From the NCBI RefSeq assembly GCF_000181795.1, contig NW_003526945.1:2732488-2762057 (forward strand): a stretch of DNA of 29,570 nt, given 5' to 3'. The notes below the pieces were generated by a model. The model was not told the DNA's origin. It searched no databases and was given only the letters and a program-made list of their open reading frames with translations. This document shows positions 1 to 12,767 of the stretch, piece by piece. Positions within the stretch are counted from its first letter, which is position 1; each line of letters opens with the position of its first letter. The translations under genes were made by a program, and so were the position numbers. This DNA comes from Trichinella spiralis. Lineage: Eukaryota.

Positions 1-1
1 T

Positions 2-1853
2 GTCAAATCAAATTTGCCACTACTCGATGCGAAATATTCCAACGATGCTGATCTCCAGTCAGTTGGAAGTGCTTCTGCTGAAGTGGCCGCAATTACAGAT
101 TGGAAGAGCAGCTGCAAAGAAGCTCAATTACCAAATGAACTCGTCGTTTGGCACAGACGTGAAGACAGCAAAGAGAACTCAACGGTGGATATATTTGACA
201 ATGGATTAACGGCGGAGAATCCGCCTTATTCATGCGGCAAAGGTGGTAAAGCAGAGTTTCAGTTCAGTCCTGTCAAGCCAATTTCATCCACCTCGAGTTC
301 AGAGAGCAGTTTTTCCAACAATGATTACCACTCAACAAAATCACCCAGAGAATATTGTTTCAAAACCAAAAATGCTCTAGACGACTTCTCTGCTCAGAGC
401 TTGCCACTGGGATTCTGTACGCCGTCCTGCTTGCCGAAAAGAAAGGGCAGTGCCATTACTACAACGCCTGCATCCACGACACCGACAGTGGACGTTGTGA
501 TTGTAGCGCCTTGGGCTAAGCAACTTTACATAGCCTCTGAATCATCAAGCTCACGTGACAGTAAGCCCAACAAAAAACAACTCAAACCAGCAGAGCAGTC
601 GAAACAAAAAATGCACGCTATTTACGATTTGGTCGACGAGCTTGAACTGAACACTGAACCGTCTGATCCAATACGACTGCATTTCCCAGTTAACACAAGC
701 AACGAGAAGCTCGGTAATTGTAGCATGGCCAACGGTGAAGTACCCTTGCAAAGCAGACGTCGAGAAAAGCGTACATTCAAGCCATTCCGGCGTACAAGTC
801 AGGGTAATTTTTTTCACACACACAGAGATCGATTGGAAATTTCTGGACAAGCAAACAGCGCAAATAATCTAGTACATTCAGTTGGTGGGGGGGAGCAGAA
901 TTTATTGAACCGGATGAGAGTTCACGATGGTAAATTGCCGCTGTCATCATTTTTACGCCCATGGAAAGCGGCAGGCTCTTCGACAAATCAACAAGCTTCT
1001 ACTACAGAAATTAAAGATTATGACAATTTGCAAGTAAAGAGAAAAGAGTCGGACAAAAGGCTTTGTTCCACGCGCAGTGAAGGGCACTTGACCAACAGCA
1101 AGCTGACAAACAATCTTGAACCGACAACGGTTCGCGGGACGGAGGGGGAATTGTGGGTAAGACTTCTTCCTAAAAGAAGCCACCTTTCCAATGTTGCATC
1201 GAACGAAAGTCGATCCATGCAGTCCAGTGTGTCGTTGAATTCAGCTTCATCTCGTCATACCCCAGTTGCTGAACTGTTGCCTTCACCGAAATCCCAACCG
1301 CTGAGCTCACGAAGTTACCGATATTTGGGTAGTTCAGCCAGCGAAGCCGGTGGCATGGTAAAGCTGTACGATAGCAGATTCGGTAAACCTGTCGCAAATG
1401 CGGCTAATTCAATGCCAAGACATCTTATTCGAACACTGTTGAGCAAGTTGAAAAACAGCGGCAACTCGTCCGGCAGAGATTTGAGAACATCCGACGACAG
1501 TTTTCGAGATGTAGTTTCGCATTCGTTGGTCAACGTCACCAATGAGGCAGCAAACCACTGGTATGGAATGCAAGAGCAGCATTTGTCCGGTACTGAATTT
1601 GTTGAAAAGAAAATGCTAAAAATCCAACTAGACAATCTTTTACCTTGGCAACAATATTCCTATTCATATCCGAGTAGCCGCGGTAAGCAAGTTGAATTAT
1701 TTCTTGTCTTGTTTCGTTTGCTTACGTGTTCTGTGCTTCAAATTTTACTACGCAAAATTTGATCATTTATTTTTAGCAACAAAATCTCTGTCCAAGACAA
1801 ATCAGTTCAAAGCAGCTTTTTCACAGTTTTGGAAAAAACGACAGCTCAATTAA
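2..1853 (+). CDS. 3' part of a large Ser/Thr-rich, probably disordered protein of unknown function (5' end outside window)
   Basis: Frame is open from base 2 for ~560 codons. Donor CG|GTAAGC at 1682/1683, acceptor TTTTAG at 1776, then a phase-compatible last exon 1777-1853 (ATKSLSKTNQFKAAFSQFWKKRQLN*). AATAAA near 2148. No domain recognised. Confidence 0.7.
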
Positions 1854-3770
1854 AGTTATAAATTAGCTTGCCAAAATACTGACCTGATTATTTATTAGAT
1901 CTGCGGTGCCGTCATCCAACGACAAACACTTAAGCTGTACAAAAACGGTGTGTGAAAAGATTTCATTTTAAAATGCCATTTTTTGTTAATTTTGTTTTGC
2001 TCTTAATTTTTTATCATATAATGCATGAAATGAGACGCTTTACGTTTCTTTTTCTTTTATTGCTTCTGCACAATTTCGCACGTTATATTGTAACATTTTG
2101 ATCTGTTGCATTGAATGAATACATGTTCATTGAATTATGTTACATGAAAATAAAATGTACCCAACTTTCACGTATGCCAATTAATTATTTATTTCATTTG
2201 AACATGCAGCTGACTATTTTAAATTTCGTCCATTATTTAATTTTTATTAATCAAATTCCTAGTTCATATTAAGAATTTGGTATAATTTCTATTTGTATTA
2301 TAAAGTTGAAATAAGACCGAGGCCATTTGCACGATTTCTCAAAGCGCTGAACTTTACAATTGTAACAATGGCTTTTTTTATAAGAAAACGTTTCGAGAAT
2401 TCAGAGTAAAGTATGATCAAGTTTGTATAATCAAAGAGATAAATATATATTTTAAAGAAATTTCGTATTAAATTTTAACGTAAGTTAAATTATTCTTGAT
2501 TACTACAATAAACTTTAAACTTCCACTTTCATTACAATTTCTAATGAATAGCAGCAACTCGGTTCGATTAATGAATGATAAGAACCTGAATATCATATTT
2601 AATTAATTCATCACAGCTTTTGGCATTGTTCTATTTCAATCAAGATTATTTTTCTGTTATTAATATTTCATTTTTTCAAAGAATATTTATTTGCCTATAT
2701 GAAATATGTAATTTATGGTTAGAAACATTTGATAATTAAAATAAAGTGCATTTAGATTTGTGTTACGTTTTGCACTTATTTTATACACACACGCATGCGC
2801 TCAACAACAGTTCAATTCAAGCTTACCAAAATTGGCATCTTCTCATCGTTGAGAACCATCTGCTTGTCATGGTGTGATTGGAAAAAAAATGATGAATAAT
2901 TTTCAAGAAATAAATTTAAAATAAACAAGGAAAAGCAAATCAGCTTTGTCGGTGCTGTTCACTCTGACTTCGTGGTGAAAATGCCAATCTCTGCAGTCGC
3001 CGCGGTCAGTCAAACTGCAGCTTTATCAAATGAAGCTTACAAAGCAAACAAAATTAATGCACGCACTTGATTGTGCTCCTTCATCTCTACTGACAAGTGA
3101 ACGCGTCGACTATTTCTGATTTGCATATTTACTGCTAAACATGGCAATAAATTTACATGCTATATGAAAATCATGTTCTATTATTATTTTACTGTTCCTT
3201 ATGAAGCTTATTATGAAAGAAAAACTCATCTACTGTACAAAAATTTCAGAAAATAGTTTGACAATCATGATTTGACAAAAAAAATTCCAAAATAATCCAA
3301 GTTAAAAAAAATGTAATTTTAAAGTTCACTTTGTGTGAGATTTTTATCAAGCACTATACGATATGGTGGAAAAGAATGAAAAAGCAATTGTTTTATGGAA
3401 ATGAATTTAATTTTCTTTGAGCAGAGCTTAGGTTGATAAATTAAGATAAATTGAGAAATTCTTTCCGATTGTCAAAATGCTATATAGAAATTCGATAAAC
3501 TGAATCAATCGACGCTATTGTTGTTCAGTTTGTTAAAAACCAATGAAGTTGTCATTGATGTAGATGAAAGTTTTATTTTCGCCCCTCGACTGCTTTTATT
3601 TATTCCACATTCAAGAAAATTACGTTAACCTGAAAAAAAGAATAAACCTTTTTGAAAATTATTGTCTGATGCACAGTGGCTGGCCAGGGTAGCGGCGACA
3701 TGCGCTTAGCTAATTGGCTTGTACATGCGCTGAAATTGACGCACCCATTTTGTATATTTCTTGCTCTGAC

Positions 3771-3934
3771 TGACCTACGATGACCTACCGCAGCCAACTG
3801 CCAGTACTTGGAGCTATCTAGCCGATGTCATGCTGTGACAGGAAATTTCTATATCAAAAAGATGGCTATGAATTTGACCTATTAAACTCAAACCGGGTTG
3901 ACAGCCTGTATATATATGCATATATCTTTGATAA
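3771..3934 (+). promoter_or_regulatory. Putative collagen promoter: nuclear-receptor half-sites (DR4 plus ROR-type site), TATA-like and GATA motifs
   Basis: TGACCT-acga-TGACCT at 3771-3786; TGACCTATTA at 3875-3884; TATATATA near 3909; TGATAA near 3929. All lie within 200 bp of the collagen ATG (3967). Confidence 0.45.
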
Positions 3935-3966
3935 TCATGGCAATCTGAGGTTTTCGCAGCTTCTCG

Positions 3967-5092
<1,126 letters not shown>

Positions 5093-6267
5093 TTCAGTGA
5101 TTACTTTAAAAAATTTATTTTCATTGTTGATTGTTTTTACTCTCATTATTTTTCTTTGTAAAATGCTTGTGAATAAAAAATATTCACGTTAGTTGTGTAA
5201 TAAAGAAATGTTTTAATGCTTTTTGTCACATGTTGTCAAAATGATTATTAAGATGGTTTGTGTAACATCCGTTGAATTTATTTGGACAGTCACAATTTTT
5301 GGTTTCAATTAGCAGTCACTTTCTTCTTTCCGATAATGGAAAGTGACATTTTGACCAATTCGTGGCCAACCCCGGTATGTCAAAGAAGGTGAAATCTGCA
5401 ATATGGGTGCCACATAGTTGTCTGATAGATAGGTCACGCATCTTTGCCATTATCATGGCAGTCAACAACGCAAGTCATTTTAAAAACATGGACAACGCAC
5501 ACACACGCACATAATTTGATAGTTAAAAATTCAAAACTTAATGAAGAAATTTTGTAAAAATTTGCCAGTCACTTCTTTGCTCTAGAAAAGCAATGTTCTA
5601 AAACTAGTGGTGGTTAATGAAACATGTATAATTTTGCATTAAAATTCGGACCTTGAACATGATTTGATGTTTGTTGTAATTTTTCATACTGAAACTAGTA
5701 TTCATATCGCTTATAACAAAAGATGACTTAGTTGATTAAATGAAAATTAAATATTTTGATATTAAAAAGATATGCAATAGAAGATTTTGGTATGAAAGGT
5801 ACAACAACATTAATAGATTTCAAAAGTAGCATTCTATTGTATTCATGTATACAATAATGCTTCAAGTGCATTACAGAATTCTTTATAAAAGAAATTAGAA
5901 ATTATTAATAAACTTAGCAATTCCCAAAAAACCATATGTCAGAAATGATAGATTTATCAACTAGGCCTAAGAACAGGTGCCTAATTTAACCAAAAAATTT
6001 TATTTTTACTGAATAATCTTAAATTCCAAATTAATATTTTACAATAATTCTTCAACAATAAAACATAAGCATACATTTCACATATAATAATAAACAACAA
6101 TAATAATAACAACTGATAATATATGAATATTACTTTTAGCTGTAATAGATCAAAGTGCTGAAAATTTCTGTTTAAAAAGTTATGTTATCACAAATTACAA
6201 AACAGATTTTAAGATCGAAATGCAAAAGAATAATTTCTAGACGCCGTTTTTTCAATATACGCCAATT

Positions 6268-7749
6268 TCAAGTGCTTTCAAATGCTAATTTCTTTTCTGA
6301 AAAATAAGTTTTAGCAAAAAAAGTAGGATGACTTGGTGAATCAGAAACGTTCGAAATCTCTAAATCTTCGTTTTCTTTTTCATCACTGTCAATGTCTTCT
6401 TCATTCTGAAAATAAAATTCTAATAATGCATGTCTTACAGCAACAAGCACTTCACTGATATACTGACTTTAAACAAATTCAAAAAATTTCACAAGTCAAA
6501 AAAAATAAGAAACTCCATTCAAACAATTCTACATTTAAATAGCGGATAAAATCTAAACTAGAGACTGCGCATGTCATTACAAACAGTTGTATAAGTCATT
6601 CACTTACATAAGATTTTTCATTAACTGATATTTGCTTATTACTGCTTCTCTGCTTGTAAACTGAACGACGCTTACTAAGCTTAGAGTCTTCAAATTTTTC
6701 TTTCAACTCTTCATCACCACTACTACCATAACTAGAATCAGGATTCATATCTGAAAGTTAAATGCTTTGTCACTGATAATCACAATCAAATTACAGTTAT
6801 TGTTACTTTGATAATCCGATAATGCATATGATAAATCGCAAGTGTTTTCATCAGATTCTTTGTCAGCTGCATTATCAGATTGTAAATCTGCCTGCAGTTC
6901 AATATGCCATATGGTTTTTTCTTGCTTTTTGTGAACTTGAACATTCTTACTTGATTTTGTTTTGCCTTAATAATTTACCGTTTTAAAAATTATTTTAAAA
7001 TATAACATAATAGAACTTATAAAACATGTGTTTTAGTAAGCATATTTAATTTATTTTTTATATTTTCATTTTCAATATATAACACAAAATTATAGAAATT
7101 TGTCTATTTTCAGACTTTTAGCTAAATTTTAAAGTTTATTAGCCAAATTAGTCTATAACTTAAAAAGAATTTTTCACTTTTACTAGAGATTATAAGTGAA
7201 AACAGTAAATTTCAATTCTTACCTGAAACTTTGCTTTTATTCATTTGCCTTGTATGACGATATTCAGTCGATTCGTTCACGATTTGAGAATCTTCCCAGT
7301 GGCATAGATGACACTGGGCATTTTTAGGTTTCAAGCAGAATTTGCTTGAATTTGTGCCCCACTGACCGTAGTTGCCTGCAATAGCTGCATTTTGCAACCA
7401 CGGATGGGATTTCATCTGATCAACTGGCACTTTAATTGGTGTATAAAGTTGAACAAAATTTCCCAAAACAAACGGCTGTCGTTGATAACAGTCTGTGAGA
7501 ATAAAACTAATTATTTACAAAAACAACAAACAATAGTTTAATTTTAAAAAATCCCTGACCAACAGTCGGAGAAACAACACAACTTAAAGCTGTGCAAAAT
7601 TTGTTGCACTGTTCAAGACCATTTGATGCTAATAAATATGGCTGACTGGTCAAAGTATTTCTCCAATAACAGCAGTCCGGCAGGAGGTTGACACTTTTTA
7701 CATTTTCAGAAGCAAACGCTCTGCATTGCTGTTTATCTGAAATGTTCAT
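6268..7749 (-). CDS. Hypothetical protein (~299 aa), Cys-containing N-half and acidic Asp/Glu/Ser-rich C-half
   Basis: Phase-consistent exon chain 7749-7560, 7492-7223, 6965-6807, 6750-6608, 6405-6268 with GT-AG ends (e.g. CAG|GTAAG at 7223, TAT|GTAAGT at 6608, TTTCAG acceptors). May extend 5' to the zinc-finger exon. Confidence 0.65.
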
Positions 7750-8284
7750 TCTATCAAGTAAAATTCATAAAAGCTTCACAAGATTCCGTTTTCAAACATA
7801 AAAACTAAATAATATCAACAACAGCGTTTCATAAATGCAGATTTGCTTTTTTGCATAAATTTTAACCAAAAATGAAATTTAAATTACTATTTGTTTTTAA
7901 ATAGTTTAAATAGTAAATAAACTATTTAAAACAGAAATTTCTCATTTCCACTTGCTTGATTAGGCGTATTTATTTTACTGAAACGTCAGCTCAATCAGAT
8001 GAAATACCTCTCTTCAAAGGGACTTTTATCCAAGAGCAGTATTATAAAAATATGAAAAACGTTTAAAAAGCAAAAAAAAATTCCCCAAAATGGTAGTCCT
8101 GTAGAGCTGAATTTTTTCAGCATATCATCAATAAATGATCCCTTTTTAATGTTGCTAAATGTACAGTAGCAATTATTTATTCTCAGGTTACAATGTTGAG
8201 ATTAATTTTCAGTGAGAAACAAGTGAACCTTGCGACCTTATCATTTGGACGACATTAAATTAAAAAAGAATCTTATATACATAC

Positions 8285-8401
8285 ACGGTAGATGAATATG
8301 GAGCAGTTTTAACTTATTTTGATGTTTTTTTCCGTTACAGTGTCCATGTGCTTGTTTAGCTGAATTAAGATAGCTGTTGCAAACCGTGCAAAAATAGCTG
8401 C
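8285..8401 (-). CDS. Exon encoding a U1/matrin-type (ZNF385/ZMAT-like) C2H2 zinc finger
   Basis: TTTCAG|GC acceptor and GTATGT donor flank SYFCTVCNSYLNSAKQAHGHCNGKKHQNKL, which fits C-x2-C-x12-H-x2-GKKH. Flanking exons not resolved. Confidence 0.75.
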
Positions 8402-9828
8402 CTGAAATACCCATCGGCGGATCCAATTTTAAAAACCAAATCGATTTTCAGTGATAAAACTGATATTTGTAAAAAAAGAAAGACTGTTGCGAATAAAAGA
8501 GTAAAAATATGAGGAATTAATAAAATTCAGCAATTGCAGCCAGCGTTGCTGGTGTTCAGCATTTTACGCTGATCCAGCAACTGATTGTTAATTAGTTGAA
8601 ATCCATTTTGTACTGTTTGCTGTGTCCCAGTCGTGACACTTTCAAATTAAAATTGATGTTGACAGATATTTTAACCCAATTCAAAAATCGGTCGTAATAT
8701 AACAATATGAGCTGATGCGCTTCGCCACGTATTATTTCAAATGTTCCGCGTTGTTTCTCAGCATCAACATTTGCGTAATAGAGGGGGGAAAAATAGTTCA
8801 AGCTTGGCTTTTTTTATTGATTGTTGACAACGTTGGCGTTACGGTAAAGCAACAGTTCAAATAACCTGCTGAAAGTAAATGACGAATGTGGACGATCATC
8901 TGGAATGCCTGCCTCACGGTGTGAATGTGCCATCGTTGCAATTGACGACGCTAATTCGTCAGCTTGAAGACATCTCGTGCATGCCAGGTCGAAATTAATT
9001 TTTCCTGTTCCGATTTAAGCCAACAACAATAACCGAATTCTTTCATTCAACTGCACAAAATGAAAACGTATTCTGAAATAAAACTGAAATAAAAAAATGC
9101 AAATATTCTTTCACATGTCAAAGCATAATAACAACACTGCAACACGTAACAACAACAAAGTAGCGATTTCGTATGTGGACAACTTTACAAAAGCTTCTTC
9201 CTTTTAATTCACGCTGAAATACATTTTTTGCATAAAAATCATTACCAAAATATGCATTTTACTACTGCATTTTTTCTCTTATGAACATTTCAATTGCTAC
9301 TTTTTGAAAAAATATAAATAAATTGCTTTGAATGGTTTTGTTTTGCTATCCAACATTTGAAAATTGGAAAAATAAATTGGCGAAACAGAAACTGAAATAA
9401 ACATTACGTATTTAATTCACTTTGTCATTTTATTATTTATTCTATACAGTGGTCACTTCTTCTGACCATTGGCAAGTTTGTTAAAAAAGAACTTTTTCTT
9501 TGCCAAAAGAGAAAAATAAACTTCATAAATATGCATGTACAAAATTCTTATGGGCATTTTTGATCAGGCAAATTTAATAAATTTATTATATTTCAATATT
9601 TGACTTCAGTTTAAGCGTGAGATAACATTAAAATAAAAGAAATAAAATAGTTGTTTACATTTAAACAATTTAAGCGTTGTTTAAACACTTTAAATAGAAA
9701 TTTAAACATTTAAATTCTTTTGAATCTTTTCATACTTACTTTAATTACAACCAGGCATTTGACCGTGTGTTTTGGGCAAAGACTGTGTTCTTCTCTGTCT
9801 GAAATCTCTATCAGTATCCTTTGCAACA

Positions 9829-10672
9829 ATGGTCCAGAAAATTGTTACGTTCAGAAATTTTGAAACACTTGAAGATGCTTTTGGAAAAAAGTGGCGATCC
9901 CTTTATGACCAGAAGGGATATCGTCTGGATGGGGAGAAGGATGCAAATTTGCCAGACCAAGTATCATTGATACGGAAACCAGGGACGAATGAAAAATATG
10001 AACCACCGCTTTCGTGTCTGGGTCAAATTTTTGCCAGGATTGCGGCTAGGAGGCTTTGTGAGTTGGGCATTTTGAAACATAGGATGACGAATCAAGTGGT
10101 CTACAGTTGTCCATGTTTGGCTTGTCTGCAGATGTCTTGTGCTTTGCAGAGGACTCTTTTACTGCATAAAATTAGGAAAATTAAAGTTGAACCTGGGTTG
10201 GCAGATTTCAGATATACAATGGACGCCACAGATAACAAGGCTGAAGAAATCAGAAAAGTGTTTGGCATTGAAACCAATTATCAGTCAGTTATCAGTAAAG
10301 AGTCGTTGAAAATGAACGAAACTCTGGACGATTTCCGAGAACGGTAACAATTTGCTTTTGAACATTTCCCAGTTTTTGAAAATTATCAAATCATTTCATC
10401 GTTATAGGCACAAGTTAGTTATGGATTCAATAATAGCCGATGAAACAGCAATGACTGCGATAGTTGTGACCCATAGTCCAAATGTGATTGCTCACATCCA
10501 TTATTTTTCAAAGGAACCATTAAATGAAGCTATACTTAAAGAAAATATTAAATTCAGCAACAATGTAATTTTTTCGAGAAAGAAAAATGATATATGGAAG
10601 TGGCGAGTTGTTCAACAGCTTAAATTATCGAATCCAAAGAACGAAAAATTTCCCATCCATTTGTGGGATTAG
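9829..10672 (+). CDS. Histidine-phosphatase (PGAM superfamily, STS/UBASH3-like) domain protein, probably catalytically dead, ~259 aa
   Basis: Exons 9829-10343 and 10408-10672 (CG|GTAAC...ATAG|G). Family motifs in order: IVTFRNFE (RHGE position), YEPPLSCLG (DPPLT.LG), VYSCPCLACLQM (YSSP..RC.QT), IKVEPGLAD (I.VEPGL.E), ETLDDFRER, IVVTH. Confidence 0.8.
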
Positions 10673-12767
10673 AATTTGTACTAATTGTGGAATAACAAAT
10701 TTAATGTATGATATTTTCATTTTTATTGTAAAATTACATTCATAAATATATTTTAATAATTATCATTCACTAAATTATAACAGTTGTATTGTTTACGTAT
10801 ACATAAATAACTTTTTTAATTATCAGCGTAGTATTTTTGCTGCATTTCATAATTTTTTGCTAAATGCTTAAACGTAAAAGTATTTAATTGAAGCACTTTT
10901 CTGTTTGGTAGTATATATTTCATTTATACTTATTTTACGCCAATTCCGTTAAAAAACCATTGCGATGCTTGATTGTGTATCTTTCAGTTCGTGTTCTATA
11001 GTTGATTGACTGGGATAATTTAAGCAGATGCGCGGCGTCAATGAATTTTCAAAAAATGCTCATAATTTAAATAAAATTGTATCGTTGAATCTCATTTTAT
11101 ACGTAAACAAAATGAACATGATGCAAATCATATGTGCAATGGAATGTTTTGCTGAAAACTTATTGCACTATAGCAAATGGCATTCGGTAAAATGAAATTG
11201 ATAATGTTTGCATTGAGAAATTCCATACGAAAGGTTGATTCGACTATTGAATGTACAAGTGACTGATATGGAAAAGTTGCTTTTGTTATCAATTTGCAAA
11301 GAATACTATTCACACATAACAACTTGGCTATATTGAATAATTGAATATTGCACGCACACACACATATATATACGTATATTTCATTGATAATAACGATGCT
11401 ATTTTGTAATGCTACTAGAAGCAGTTAAACAAGGACAACAAAATGTGCTACTTTTGTTTTGCGTCAATGACGTGCGTGCTAGTTCTGCAACAACTTCGGC
11501 ATTTTTTTATTCAGCATAATTTTCATATTACACGACTTGGAATCATTGGGTCAATAGAAGACATAGTTTCACTTTTTAATAATTAATAAACTTCTCTTTA
11601 CTTTCCTGCATTGGTTTTCATCTGTTCTGAAACTGCAAGTTTATTTATTAATACTTGCCCAAACAGCAAATGCTATGTCAAATTTCAATGAAACGAAAAT
11701 ATTCATGATTAAATTTTCAGTTTTTTTTTCTCTTCTACTTATATTTCATATTAAAATTGTTAAAATTGTCATCAATATTCTTTTTTACAATGAATCAACT
11801 ATATAAGATAGTGGAATTGTATAGGTGAAATCAACCACCGATCATAATCATCACAATTTTCCAACATCCAAAAGAAACAAATGCTGATAATTTTATCATT
11901 TACCTAAACAGATGTAGCTGTTCATTGTGCTATCATAGCTTATGGTAACTGTGATAAATGATTGAGGAACTGACCAAATGCATTTTATTCGAAGAGAAAA
12001 AAACCATCCAAATCAGTTTCACTTGCTTGACAAATGTTCCTCTGATTAGAAGTGGTTTGAAATGAAATTCTCAAAGCATTCGTCTTCACTTTTCAAAGGC
12101 CATTATTTCAGCTAAGCTGAAGATTCTTTTTTTTTGATAAACAACCAGCTATGCTAACATTGCCACTCGAGACCTTTCCATCTGACGTTGGGAAACTTTG
12201 AAGCAGCCTCACCTCTTCCGCTTCTTCAACACTTGTCAGTGATTTATTTGTCAGCGTTGGTAAAATGAAGCGGTTCTAGTGAAAGGAAAGTGAAATTTAA
12301 ATTGAACGTCCACAAAATTACTAATGACTTGACGCTTCATGAGAAGATTTATTTTTTTAATTTCGTTTTTTTTGAGGATGTGGTGGAAAATTAATTGAGC
12401 AACAAGACGGACGATATTTGCAAAGTTTTGTCAGTTTGGCACACTGCGAATGAGCAAGCAAGAATTTGCTGCCAACGTTTTGAGAGCTTCGTAGAAGATG
12501 ATTCAGCTGTTTTGAAGTGCACTGATGGAAAAGAAGTTGAATTCAGTAGTTATAAGAGCAGAGCAGGAAAATATGCAAAGCAAAACTGATAAAGCGGTTT
12601 GCCATGATCGGTGTCACTCAACGGTGAAGTCATTGGTCTGGGAAATCGATACTGACGACGAATTTATTCAACAGCTGTTAATTGCTATCACGAAACAGAC
12701 CAGAACTAAAAGCTGGCAGTAAAGAGCGTGCTGTGCGCTTGTGCGGCTATATACAAATCCAGCAACT

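Noticed and set aside
7895..7931. 14-bp perfect inverted repeat
   Set aside because: Almost all A/T in a very AT-rich tract, with no target-site duplication or other support.
10344..10407. Apparent stop/frameshift between the 191-aa and 106-aa ORFs (pseudogene or recoding)
   Set aside because: Explained by a 64-nt GT-AG intron that restores the frame.
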